Under the pieces are notes generated by a model. The model saw nothing but the letters and a program-made list of their open reading frames with translations. It was not told the origin of the DNA and did no database searches. The position numbers and the translations under genes are program-made. Below are positions 11,047-20,823 of a stretch of DNA of 64,000 nucleotides, in pieces. This DNA is from Chloroflexota bacterium (GTDB lineage: Bacteria > Chloroflexota > UBA11872 > VXOZ01): NCBI GenBank assembly GCA_964291655.2, contig OZ219801.1, positions 608,001 through 672,000 on the forward strand. The letters are read 5' to 3'. Position 1 is the stretch's first letter; each line of letters starts with the position of its first letter.

Positions 11047-11330
11047 ATGGGGCCTCACCCGATCACCCAAGAGTCGGTTTCCCTGAGTTGGGACGATCCG
11101 GCAGACAGCAGCGTCGCCGGCTACCAGATACCCCGCCGGGACAGGTCGTTACACGCGACCGGAGAATTCATTGAGCTGCGGGAGGACCCGGAGACCGCGG
11201 AAACATGCGACGTGGAATCCGAGGTGGAGGCGGGGAGGTGCTATGTGCACCGGGTAAAGTCACGGAATGCCAGCGGTCTCAACCCGCAAGGCAGTACTTT
11301 GGATGCCAATCTGCCGGCGGCGCCCAATGA
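11047..11330 (+). pseudogene. Isolated, degenerate fibronectin type III domain fragment
   Basis: SVSLSWDDPADSSVAGYQI.RR...Y.HRVKSRNASG fits the FN3 pattern. No signal peptide; the ORF continues into the palindrome and antisense of UPF0182. Confidence 0.6.
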
Positions 11331-11391
11331 GGTGCCTACTCCATGGTGGAGGTACAGGCGCCAAGATACAGCGAGGCAGCTCTATCAATGC

Positions 11392-11435
11392 GATAATGCC
11401 CTGACTTGGCGCATGCGCCAAGTCAGGGCATTATC
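11392..11435. terminator. Perfect 44-bp palindrome, probable terminator downstream of UPF0182
   Basis: GATAATGCCCTGACTTGGCGCA|TGCGCCAAGTCAGGGCATTATC, about 35 bp after the UPF0182 stop. Confidence 0.65.
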
Positions 11436-11470
11436 CTATCGTCATACTCTCTATTTAACCAGCCGGAGCA

Positions 11471-14353
11471 CTACTCTTCGATCTGATTCTCCAACTCATC
11501 GAGGAGTTGCTGATTCAGCTCAAGTTGCTGCTGGATTAGCTCATTTTGTCGCTTAAGCGCATCGAGCAGATCCTGAATTGAGGTGTCAGTCCCAGGTGTC
11601 GTGGTTGCCGGTGGCGTAAGCTGACTCGGCGATGGCGTTGCCCCTACCTGGGGTGTCACCTGTGGCTGTGCCGTCGGCTGTGCTGACGCAGTGGGCGTTG
11701 GCAGGATTACAGGCGCAGGCGTGGGCGAAGGCGCGGTAGTCGTGCTTGAACCGCTTTGAGCCCCACTGCTTCCCGACGCCGCGGCAGTTTCAGTGAAGAT
11801 TCCCTCTACCCCCTCACCGAACAACTGCTGCAGTCCCTGCAATACGGTTTCTGTCATCACGATGTTTGAACCGTTGGCAATAATCACCCGCTTGAGCTCA
11901 GGTAGCTGGCCCTGCTCGGATTGCAGGTAGATCGGCTCTACGTACAGATTCGATTGGCCAATGGGCACGACCAAGAGATTCCCACGAATTACGCGTGAAC
12001 CGCCCTGCCCCCAGAGAGTGAATTGCTGAGAGATCGTGGTGTCTTGATCGGCGCGGGCTTCAATCTGCATCGGGCCGAAAATGAGCTTGTCCTTGGGATA
12101 CTTGAACGCAAAGAGCGATCCATAGCCCTCCGGATCCGACCGTGCCGCCAGCCAGGCCACCATATTGTCCTTCTGGATTGGCGTATAGGGCATGATGAGG
12201 ATGAATTCTTCACGTGGGAATTCGGGAAGCCGCATGATCACATAGTAGGGCCGCACGGGCACCTGACCGCCGCCATAGAGTTCTCGCGGCCGCGAAAACG
12301 CATCTTCGCGATTGTAGAAGATGTCCGCTTTTCGCATGTGGTAGAGGGAGTACAGTTCTACCTGCACCTGGAAGAGAAACGCAGGGTAGCGAATATGCTG
12401 GAGAAGTGACGGAGGCATCTCGCTCAAAGGGTGGAAGAGGTCTGGAAATGCCTGCGAGTACGCCTGCAAAATCGGTTCATCTTCCTCCACGGCATACAGG
12501 CGCACGGTGCCGTCATATGCATTCACGGTGGCCTTCACGCTGTTACGGATATAGTTGAATGCGCCGGCCAATGGTTGTGAGTAAGGGTAACGGTCAGTGA
12601 ACGTATATGCGTCAACGATCCAAAAGAGCTGGCCGTCGGCGACAACGATATAGGGGTCCTGGTCGACGACGAGAAACGGCGCCACCGTTGCCACTCGCTC
12701 GCGCACGTGGCGGCGATAGAGAATTTGGCTCTCGGGTTCCAACTCGTCGGAGAGCAGGATGTTCACGTCTTTGAGGTACCAAGCATACAGTAACTTGCGA
12801 AGGTACGTACCGATGCCCACTCCCTTGCGCGACTGGTAGAACGATCGTGCGTTGTCCTCACCACTCGGATAATCAATCTCCGCAACTCGAGCATTGACGA
12901 TCACGTAGTCGAACGTCTTCTCACCGTAGTAGATTTCCGGTCGTTCAATGTCCATGATCCCGGTGGGCGGCACGTCCTTGAGGAAGAATGACGGCAACCC
13001 CTCGGGCGAGACCTCGTTGACGGGACTCATCACAACGCCGTAGCCGTGGGTAAACTGCAGCCTGCGGTTGACCCAAGTTTGCGCCGAGCCCGGTAGCTTC
13101 TCCGGTGAGAGCTCCCGCGCGCCGACCATCACCTGGCGATACTCGCCATCGACGTAATAGCGATCCACGTCTGCGTCGAGAATATCGTAGTACAGGCGAA
13201 TGCTCTGCACCTGGTTATACGTTATCAGCAGAGGTTCGGGGTCCCATAGCCGGAAGTTGCGTACCGTCAGAGGATTACCCACCAACTCTTCTTGCGTTAC
13301 CGCGGGCTCGCCCGGGTGCTCCATCTCGACGATACGGTTGAGGCCGTAGGCCTCGCGCGTGAATTCAATGTTGTTCTCAATGTAGGGACGCTCACGTTCC
13401 AACTCATTCGGCTGCACCTCCAGGCGATGCGCCAAGCCTGGGTATGCCCACCCGCCCACAAACAGCACGAGCAACCACAATCCAATGCCACCAACCGGCA
13501 GCCACTGCTTATTGAATATGCCGCCAAGGACTAGTCCAATTGCGGCCACTACAGCCAGAACAATGAGCACTTGCTGCACGGGCTGCATGATGTTGGCGTC
13601 AATGTAGCTTGCGCCATAGGCGGCGCCCCGTGTAGAAAATTCCAGCGTGTGCAGACTGAGCCAATGGGCCCAACCCACCAGCAGCATCAGTACGAAACCC
13701 AGCACGGAAAGATGAACGCGAATGGGCGCTCCGGCAATGATGTTGCGGGGGATTTCACGCCTCTCACCCTCGTCGTCTTCCGGCGAGATCATGTATGGCA
13801 ACACAAGGCGGAATCCGTACGCAAAGACCGCGACTACCAGCACCATCAAAATCGCTCGGAAGAGCCAGCCTTGCACAAACTCCAAAAGCGGAAGCGTGAA
13901 GACAAAGAACGAGAGGTCTCTTTCGAAGAGCGGATCCGTGATGCCGAATTCAATGACGTTCTGAGCGCGGAGAACTGTATTCCATTGTCCGGAGGCCAGC
14001 AGGCCGAAGATTACGGAAGCAATCACACCGACTATTCCGGATATAATCCGTGACGCTTGCTCGGTCCGCTGCGCTGAATTCGAGAGGAAGTCTTCGCCCG
14101 TTCTGTACGCCTGCCGCGCAACAATCTTGCGGACCAGCGTCATGTTGCCAAAGTACAAGGAGCCAAAGACGACCAGCCCGGCGGCGAAAAGGCCTATTTG
14201 CAGTGTAATGATTCTGGAAAAGACATCGGTGCGCCCAAGGCTTTGATACCAGAGCCAATCAGCGATGATGTTCGGCACTACGAGCACAAGCGCGATGAGC
14301 ACGACGATGCTGACGAATACTGCACCAATCACGGTGTTGCGCTGCATGGACAT
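11471..14353 (-). CDS. UPF0182 family membrane protein
   Basis: N-terminal TM block, DPLFERDLSFFVF, RLWD, YTHG-like FTHGYG, NYIRNSVK, IFGPMQI, GNLLVVP; Pro/Thr-rich tail. Confidence 0.95.
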   Translation of the reverse strand: MSMQRNTVIGAVFVSIVVLIALVLVVPNIIADWLWYQSLGRTDVFSRIITLQIGLFAAGLVVFGSLYFGNMTLVRKIVARQAYRTGEDFLSNSAQRTEQASRIISGIVGVIASVIFGLLASGQWNTVLRAQNVIEFGITDPLFERDLSFFVFTLPLLEFVQGWLFRAILMVLVVAVFAYGFRLVLPYMISPEDDEGERREIPRNIIAGAPIRVHLSVLGFVLMLLVGWAHWLSLHTLEFSTRGAAYGASYIDANIMQPVQQVLIVLAVVAAIGLVLGGIFNKQWLPVGGIGLWLLVLFVGGWAYPGLAHRLEVQPNELERERPYIENNIEFTREAYGLNRIVEMEHPGEPAVTQEELVGNPLTVRNFRLWDPEPLLITYNQVQSIRLYYDILDADVDRYYVDGEYRQVMVGARELSPEKLPGSAQTWVNRRLQFTHGYGVVMSPVNEVSPEGLPSFFLKDVPPTGIMDIERPEIYYGEKTFDYVIVNARVAEIDYPSGEDNARSFYQSRKGVGIGTYLRKLLYAWYLKDVNILLSDELEPESQILYRRHVRERVATVAPFLVVDQDPYIVVADGQLFWIVDAYTFTDRYPYSQPLAGAFNYIRNSVKATVNAYDGTVRLYAVEEDEPILQAYSQAFPDLFHPLSEMPPSLLQHIRYPAFLFQVQVELYSLYHMRKADIFYNREDAFSRPRELYGGGQVPVRPYYVIMRLPEFPREEFILIMPYTPIQKDNMVAWLAARSDPEGYGSLFAFKYPKDKLIFGPMQIEARADQDTTISQQFTLWGQGGSRVIRGNLLVVPIGQSNLYVEPIYLQSEQGQLPELKRVIIANGSNIVMTETVLQGLQQLFGEGVEGIFTETAAASGSSGAQSGSSTTTAPSPTPAPVILPTPTASAQPTAQPQVTPQVGATPSPSQLTPPATTTPGTDTSIQDLLDALKRQNELIQQQLELNQQLLDELENQIEE

Positions 14354-14489
14354 CCTCTCAATTTACATCGTGCGTCGTTGATACGATGTTCCACTAAACG
14401 TGCGTAACGAGCGGAGAAAAAGAGCGCACTACCTCCATGCTACTCTCAGCACGCTGATAGTGCGCCGCTTTCGACAGAGTCGCGGTCTG

Positions 14490-14523
14490 CGACGAAGCCG
14501 TCGTCTTTGACGAAGCCGTCGTC
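14490..14523. repeat. Short tandem hairpin repeat GACGAAGCCGTCGTC x2
   Basis: Seen directly between the FtsH paralogue and UPF0182. Confidence 0.6.
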
Positions 14524-14571
14524 AACAACGAAATCGCCACGAACCAAGCGTAATCAGCCTTTCCCGGTCTG

Positions 14572-16401
14572 TTATTGGGAATCAGGTTCCTTGTCCGTTT
14601 CCTCGCTTGATTCCGCTTGGCTATCGTTCGATACAACCGGGTTACCATTTGGTCCAGGCGAATCCGAGGGGCCATTACTCTCTTGGCCCAATGCCAGGCC
14701 GCCTGCATAACCGGTCAGAGCGGCGACACCGGCACCCACGGGCTCACGCTGGGATCGCTGCGCCTCAAGGATGTCCTTGACATCCTCACCGTGCAGTTCC
14801 AATTCCTCCAGGAGCCGCTCAGCAATGATATGCACCTCATCGGCATGCTCGGCCAGCAGTTGCTTTACTTCGCGGTACTGCTCATCGAGCAACGCCTCAA
14901 TGCGGCGCTTGGTATCCGGGTCAATGCCGCCCAAACCACTGGGCATGGCAAGGTACGAGTAAAAGCTGTTACCCATACCATAGAAGCCGAAGTACCCCAT
15001 CGCCAGGCGCGTGGCCTGTTGCAAGTCAGAGGTCACGCCGGTGAGGCCGGTTCCCAGGAACAACTCCTCCGCGGCGCGACTAGCGAGGGCAACCTTGATT
15101 TCCGATAGAATTTCTTCGCGGGTCTGCGTATAGCGCTCTTCGAGGGGCGTACTGGCAGCGAGACCCAGCGCACGGCCATAGCGAATGATCGTCACCTTAT
15201 AGAGCTTATTTTCAGGCTGCAATAAGGCCATCGATATGGCATGTCCGGTCTCATGGTACGCCAGTCGCCGCCGTTCTTTATTGCTCATGCTGCGGATAGG
15301 CTGGCGCAGGCCCCATTCATTCGTCTCTCGCGCTTGGCTGAAGTCCTGGTAGGAAATGTAGTCGCGACCTTCGAAGTGCGCCACGACCGCCGCTTCATTG
15401 ATCAGGTACTTGATGCTGACCGGCGTATAGCCCACCGTATCGGCAGCAATCTTGTCCAGGTCGATATTCGGGTCGTGACGTACCTTATCCACATAGTATT
15501 GGATAACGTCTTTCCGTCCATCGAAGTCAGGCGGGTCAATCGTAATCTTGCGGTCGAAACGTCCCGGTCGCAACAGTGCCTGGTCGAGCACTTCGGCAAT
15601 ATTCGTCGCGCCAATAGTGAGCACCACGGGTTGCACCATTCGCCCTCGACGCAGACCGAGGCGACGCAAAATCCGTGCCTTCCAACTCGTATCCACATTG
15701 GGAGGATCCATCTCAAGAAGCAGCGTATTGAGCATTCCCATCCCACCGCCGCCAAACATGCCGCCCATCATGCCCGCGCCTCCGCCCATTTGCGAGGTAC
15801 GCGCTGTGCCGACGGCATCGATCTCATCGATGAAGATAATGGCGGAACCATAGCGCCGCGCCAGCCGCCGCGCCTTTGCGTAAAGCATCGTAATACGCAG
15901 GTTGCCGACACCCATGAACATGTTCTGAAAACCGGGCGCAGACGCATAGGCAAAGGGCACGCCTGCTTCGGTGGCAATTGCTTGCGCTAAATACGTCTTA
16001 CCAGTACCTGGCGGTCCAATAAGCAGCAAGCCGCGTGAAACCTCGCCGCCCATACGCTTGAAGTCGCGTACACCACGCAGCAAGGTCACGATCCGCGCTG
16101 AAACTTCCAGCACTTGCTCGTTTCCGCGATAATCTTTGAAGGAGATCCCCGTCTCGCCCCCGGGCATGATCCAGTACACACGTCCGCGGCCGAGGAACCA
16201 GAATAGCGCCACGAATTGAATTAGTACAAAGAGAATTGCAAAGGCAAGCTGGAAGAGCGTGGCGAAGATGAGAAACATAATCTGCAGAACATTGCCTGCA
16301 CCGAAGGTGGCAACAGACCACCAAAAACCGATCGCAACCAGCACCCATAGCAGGATACCGCGCCAGTGTCGACCGATGAACCCCAGGACTCCCCCAATCA
16401 T
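14572..16401 (-). CDS. FtsH-like membrane AAA+ zinc metalloprotease (paralogue with no large periplasmic domain)
   Basis: Two TMs, GPPGTGKT, FMGVG pore loop, IFIDEID, ALLRPGRFDR, HETGH, RAAEE. Confidence 0.92.
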   Translation of the reverse strand: MIGGVLGFIGRHWRGILLWVLVAIGFWWSVATFGAGNVLQIMFLIFATLFQLAFAILFVLIQFVALFWFLGRGRVYWIMPGGETGISFKDYRGNEQVLEVSARIVTLLRGVRDFKRMGGEVSRGLLLIGPPGTGKTYLAQAIATEAGVPFAYASAPGFQNMFMGVGNLRITMLYAKARRLARRYGSAIIFIDEIDAVGTARTSQMGGGAGMMGGMFGGGGMGMLNTLLLEMDPPNVDTSWKARILRRLGLRRGRMVQPVVLTIGATNIAEVLDQALLRPGRFDRKITIDPPDFDGRKDVIQYYVDKVRHDPNIDLDKIAADTVGYTPVSIKYLINEAAVVAHFEGRDYISYQDFSQARETNEWGLRQPIRSMSNKERRRLAYHETGHAISMALLQPENKLYKVTIIRYGRALGLAASTPLEERYTQTREEILSEIKVALASRAAEELFLGTGLTGVTSDLQQATRLAMGYFGFYGMGNSFYSYLAMPSGLGGIDPDTKRRIEALLDEQYREVKQLLAEHADEVHIIAERLLEELELHGEDVKDILEAQRSQREPVGAGVAALTGYAGGLALGQESNGPSDSPGPNGNPVVSNDSQAESSEETDKEPDSQ

Positions 16402-16868
16402 AGCTTCACCGTGCCTTCCAAACTAAAGGACGATAATTCACTGATACCGTACCACTCTGCTCTATTCGCAAGACTCCTGCGCTCCTACACCGTGCGAGCG
16501 ATCCCAGTAGCAACTGCTACCCATTATAGCATGCAGTATTATGGCGATTGTCACTAGGTTCTAGACAACCTTAAGAATTATATAAGAGTCTTCCGCTTAC
16601 GGTAAGGAATATTACATTGCCGGCTTGCGGGCGCCTCTGCTCCTGCGAGACCGTCTATTGGGGAGCAGCTCTCGCCATTCTGACGCCAAAGCTTGCACGG
16701 ACGGGATGCATTACGAGAACACAGTCGGGAATCCGGTAACCGATCTGCATTGCAATCAGGTCTTCGGGAGCCGATTCCTGCCATGCGCCGGCAGAGTAAC
16801 CACGTCTGGCTCGGAGCCGGGCCAATCGCCCAGGGCCTGAAGCAGTCCACCCAGAGAGAGAATAAACT

Positions 16869-17627
16869 ATGACAGTTGATAAAAGTGACATTCGCGCGGG
16901 ACTTCAAGAGCTTGGGATCATGTCCGGCGACCTGCTTCTCGTCCATAGCTCGCTGCGTAGCTTTGGTTACGTGCAAGGCGGCGCCAATACAGTTATCGAT
17001 GCGCTCCTGGAGACGGTTGGCGACAGCGGCACGATTCTTGCGCCTACGCTGACCTTCTCAGTCCTCAAGTCCTTGCCGCATCGCTTCTCAGTGAGAGAGT
17101 CGCCGTCATCGTCCGGTCTGATCACCGAGACGTTTCGCCAGCGCAATAACGCGCTGCGCAGCCGACATCCTGTCTCTTCAGCCGCCGCCATTGGACCCGA
17201 TGCGGCCTACCTGACTGCCGATCATCGCGATACTCCCTGTGGCCCGGATTCACCATACTTCCGCCTTTACGAGCTTGGCGGCAAGGTCGTTTTCTTTGGC
17301 GCGTCGCTCGGCTCGAATACGGTCTTTCACTGCGCTGAGGAGATCGCGCGTCCCGCTTACCTGGGCTTCGCAACGATTGAAGACGCAGTTGTAGTAGACG
17401 CAGACGGTCGCAGCCGCACCGTGACTGCCCGCCGCTACGACTGCTTCGATCGCGGGATTACTCGCCATCTTGGCAACATGGAGCCGGTGTTTCGCGAGCG
17501 CGGTCTTCTGAAGCGGACCGTAATCGGAGAGAGTCGTACATACCTCATCAATGCCCGCGAAAACGTCGAAGTGTCTTGTGAGACATTGAGGACGAACCCA
17601 GACTATATCCTCTCACCACGCTCCTAA
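16869..17627 (+). CDS. AAC(3)/YokD family N-acetyltransferase
   Basis: LVHSSLRS, PTLTF, RSRHPVSS, NTVFHCAEE. Confidence 0.9.
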   Translation: MTVDKSDIRAGLQELGIMSGDLLLVHSSLRSFGYVQGGANTVIDALLETVGDSGTILAPTLTFSVLKSLPHRFSVRESPSSSGLITETFRQRNNALRSRHPVSSAAAIGPDAAYLTADHRDTPCGPDSPYFRLYELGGKVVFFGASLGSNTVFHCAEEIARPAYLGFATIEDAVVVDADGRSRTVTARRYDCFDRGITRHLGNMEPVFRERGLLKRTVIGESRTYLINARENVEVSCETLRTNPDYILSPRS

Positions 17628-17656
17628 CAACATCTTGCATGTTCAAGACTTTATGG

Positions 17657-17678
17657 AAACTACATAGTGTGCTATAGT
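17657..17678 (+). promoter_or_regulatory. Putative NrdR-box overlapping an extended -10 promoter of nrdR
   Basis: AAACTACATAGTGTGC resembles acaCwAtATaTwGtgt; TG-C-TATAGT at 17670-17678. Confidence 0.4.
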
Positions 17679-17787
17679 GTTGACTGTCTTAGTGCTAGAG
17701 TGCTTTGGTGCTCGGCACGGTTGAGTTTGTTTGCTCGGACGTCCCGTTTGCACGGACGAGTCGTAAAAAGACGGCGGAGGTATGCCC

Positions 17788-18426
17788 ATGCGATGCCCGC
17801 AGTGCGCCAAGCATGATACCCGAGTGGTTGACAGTCGACCGGAAGAAATGAGCATTCGCCGCCGTCGTGAGTGCGGGAATTGCGGTCACAGGTACACCAC
17901 GTATGAGCGTTTGGAAGTGCTGGCTTGCCCGCACTGTGAATCTATCGAATCCCGCGTCGCCACATATCAACTGCTCAGGGCCGGTGCGCGGCGCTTCCGC
18001 GAGTGCCTGCGCTGCGGGAGAGAGTTCACAACCACCGAGCGGGTGGATCCCGTGCCGTTGACGGTGGTGAAACGTGACGGGCGGCGGGAAGAGTTTAACC
18101 GTGGGAAGCTGCGCGACAAATTAAGCACGGCGTGTTGGAAGCGCCCGGTGAGTTCGGAGCACATCGGACAGATTGTGGACCGCATCGAGCGCGACTTGCT
18201 TGAACTAGGTGAGCCTGAGGTTGAGTCTACGGTCATTGGCGATAAAGTGATGCAGCGCCTGCGCGTCCTCGATGAGGTTGCCTACGTGCGGTTCGCCTCA
18301 GTCTACCGCCACTTTGAAGACATCGACAGCATTGCTGAAGAGATAGCCGAATACCAAGAGTGGAAGCGCAGCCGCGCCCAGCCCGACCAGATTGCTCTCC
18401 TGCCGGAAGAGTCTCCGGTCTCCTAA
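17788..18426 (+). CDS. nrdR: Transcriptional repressor NrdR with duplicated zinc-ribbon domain
   Basis: MRCPQC...VVDSR...IRRRRECGNC..YTTYER, a second CPHC...RRFRECLRC..FTTTER, ATP-cone VVKRDGRREEF, AYVRFASVYR. Confidence 0.95.
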   Translation: MRCPQCAKHDTRVVDSRPEEMSIRRRRECGNCGHRYTTYERLEVLACPHCESIESRVATYQLLRAGARRFRECLRCGREFTTTERVDPVPLTVVKRDGRREEFNRGKLRDKLSTACWKRPVSSEHIGQIVDRIERDLLELGEPEVESTVIGDKVMQRLRVLDEVAYVRFASVYRHFEDIDSIAEEIAEYQEWKRSRAQPDQIALLPEESPVS

Positions 18427-18547
18427 AGAATACTGGCTCGCACTTAGAGATTTGAGGCTAGTGGCGCTGCCCGGCGTTCAGCGGAGGCTGGTCTCTGCAA
18501 ACCCTCCCAACCACATAGCGTAGCTCTCGAGCGAGTTTCCTTCCCGC

Positions 18548-18955
18548 ATGCGCAATTTCCTGTTCTTCTGGGCGCCTCCACTACTCTGGATGGCCCTCAT
18601 CTACTACGGCTCCGCCCAACCTACACTGCCGTCGCTCTCGCATAGTCTGTTGGACCAACTCATAAAATACGGCGCTCACTTTGTTGAATATGCCGTGCTG
18701 GCCCTGCTCTGGTATCGGGCGATTTACTCCCGTTTCTCCCACCCCATCATCCAGCCTTTGGCATTCGTCATTGTCGCCATCTACGCCCTGAGCGATGAGT
18801 TTCACCAGTCCTTTGTGCCGGGGAGAAGCGCCACGTGGCAGGACGTGGCGGTCGACCTACTCGGCGGCGCGTGCGCGCTTCTACTTTGGAATGCCGTGCA
18901 TCATTGGTGGAACCGCATCAGGATTTCGCAGAAAGAAGATCGACAAGAACTCTAG
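18548..18955 (+). CDS. VanZ-like membrane protein
   Basis: W..LI...S, AHFVEYAVL, YALSDEFHQSFVPGR...DV.VDL.G. Confidence 0.9.
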   Translation: MRNFLFFWAPPLLWMALIYYGSAQPTLPSLSHSLLDQLIKYGAHFVEYAVLALLWYRAIYSRFSHPIIQPLAFVIVAIYALSDEFHQSFVPGRSATWQDVAVDLLGGACALLLWNAVHHWWNRIRISQKEDRQEL

Positions 18956-18968
18956 GCCGGCCTCCCGC

Positions 18969-20363
18969 TCACTTGCCAATGCAGAACTCGCCAAAGATAC
19001 GGTCGAGCAGGTCCTCTGACGCGCTCTCGCCCGTTAGCTCGCCCAGCGCATTGAGTGCCGCGCGTAATCCGATGCAGACAAAGTCTTCCGGGAGGCCGTC
19101 TGCTGCCGCGCAACGCGCCTCCTCAAGCGTAGCTTGCGCTTCCAGCAGTACCGCCTGGTGGCGGGCCGAGGTGATAATGGCGCTTTCCGTCTGCAGCCCT
19201 TCTTGCAGCAAATTCCGGCCAATTTCAGCCCGCAGTGCGTCGAGGCCGTCGCTGGAAACTGCGGAAGTCAGCACAATCGAGCAGCCTGGCAGCAGGTCCA
19301 TCACGTCCCTGGGAAACAGTACCTGCGGTTTGTCGGCCTTGTTCAATGCAATAATCGCCTGCCGCTCGGGGTCTCCCTCCTGAGCATCCTTGACATCCGC
19401 GATTACCCTAAGGTCGGTAGGTTGGAGCGGCATGCTGCTATCCAAGACCACGATGATCAGGCGGGCCGCCGCCAACGACGCGCGGCTCCGTGCCACACCA
19501 ATCTGCTCTACCACGTCCTGCGTCTCCGCAATGCCCGCGGTGTCGGCCAGCAGCAGCGGTATGCCGTCTACGTCAACGGTTTCCTCGAGCACGTCGCGTG
19601 TTGTGCCGGGAATATCCGTCACAATGGCGCGGTCTGCCGACAAGAACGCATTCAGCAAGCTCGACTTACCGACATTGGGGCGACCTACCAGTACGGCGGG
19701 CACGCCATCACGTACCACGGCGCCGCTGGGAGCGGTGGCAAGCAGTTGGCTCAAGCCGGAAAGCATGTGTGCTACGGACGCTACCACCTCGTGGGAGGGG
19801 ACCGCCGGCACGTCGTCCTCACTGAAGTCGATGTTCGCTTCCAGGCGTGCGAGCAAGCCGAGCACCTGCTGGCGCAACTCCTGCACCTGACGCGACAAAC
19901 GGCCTTCCAGTTGGTCGAGCGCAAATGAGAGTCCCTTGCCCGTGCGTGCTCGCACCACGTCCATGACCGCCTCGGCCTGCGCCAGATCGAGTTTGCCGTT
20001 GAGAAACGCGCGGAGCGTATATTCGCCCGGTTGAGCCAAACGCGCGCCGTGATCCAAGAGCAATCCAAGCGTCCGCCGCAGTACCGCCGGGCTGCCGTGG
20101 CAAGAAAATTCGAATACATCCTCGCCCGTGTACGAGTGCGGCCCACGCATGTAGGTGCAGAGGGCCTGGTCCACGCGCTCGTCACGTGACGAATCAAACA
20201 CCAGCCCGACATACGACCGGTGGCTCTGCCAATTGCCGGGTTTCTGCCGCCGAAAGCAGCGCCTGCCAATCGCCAAGGCTTCGCTGCCGCTCAAGCGGAC
20301 GATCCCGATGGCGCCCTCTCCCGGCGGCGTACCTACAGCGGCGATGGTGTCCTCAAGGTTCAC
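18969..20363 (-). CDS. mnmE: tRNA modification GTPase MnmE
   Basis: DTIAAVGTPPG, SYTGEDV, GRPNVGKSS, GTTRD, DTAG, NKAD, C-terminal FCIGK. Confidence 0.98.
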   Translation of the reverse strand: MNLEDTIAAVGTPPGEGAIGIVRLSGSEALAIGRRCFRRQKPGNWQSHRSYVGLVFDSSRDERVDQALCTYMRGPHSYTGEDVFEFSCHGSPAVLRRTLGLLLDHGARLAQPGEYTLRAFLNGKLDLAQAEAVMDVVRARTGKGLSFALDQLEGRLSRQVQELRQQVLGLLARLEANIDFSEDDVPAVPSHEVVASVAHMLSGLSQLLATAPSGAVVRDGVPAVLVGRPNVGKSSLLNAFLSADRAIVTDIPGTTRDVLEETVDVDGIPLLLADTAGIAETQDVVEQIGVARSRASLAAARLIIVVLDSSMPLQPTDLRVIADVKDAQEGDPERQAIIALNKADKPQVLFPRDVMDLLPGCSIVLTSAVSSDGLDALRAEIGRNLLQEGLQTESAIITSARHQAVLLEAQATLEEARCAAADGLPEDFVCIGLRAALNALGELTGESASEDLLDRIFGEFCIGK

Positions 20364-20534
20364 AAGTGCGACTTTCTATCTTGATACTCCCACACACACA
20401 CAACGAACGCCTGCACTACCGATAAACACAGTCCATGTGATATCGTCGCAATGCGTCCGCTCCCGGAATTCTCCCTGCAATACGCGACGAACTCTCCAAC
20501 TCTACCTTGAAGAAATTTCATGGATCGGTTCGCT

Positions 20535-20627
20535 AGCCAATTCGTGCTGAGCCAGCCAATTCGTGCTGAGCCAGCCAATTCGTGCTGAGCCAGCCGAAGC
20601 GTGCTGAGCCTGCCGAAGCGCGAGCGG
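20535..20627. repeat. 19-bp tandem repeat (AGCCAATTCGTGCTGAGCC x3 plus 2 variants)
   Basis: Three perfect contiguous units 20535-20591, then AGCCGAAGCGTGCTGAGCC and a partial unit. No spacers. Confidence 0.92.
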
Positions 20628-20726
20628 AATCTTGCCTTTTCCGTTCGCCCTGAGCCTGTCGAAGGGCAGGTCTACTTAGGCAATGCACTCACAAGGTAAG
20701 CTCTGATCAGTATGGGCTCGCCCCAA

Positions 20727-20822
20727 TGATTCGTACTCGGCTCGCTTGACTCGTACTCAGCTAATTCGTACGCAGCTCACTAGAATCGTACTCTGTTCGA
20801 TTGATTCGCACTCAGCTCGATT
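20727..20822. repeat. Degenerate ~20-bp tandem repeat (approx. TGATTCGTACTCAGCTCGAT x5)
   Basis: TTCGTACTCGGCT, CTCGTACTCAGCT, TTCGTACGCAGCT, ATCGTACTCTGTT, TTCGCACTCAGCT. Confidence 0.75.
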
Positions 20823-20823
20823 C

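Noticed and set aside
18548-18955. vanZ as a glycopeptide-resistance gene
   Set aside because: VanZ-like proteins are widespread and no van cluster genes are present.
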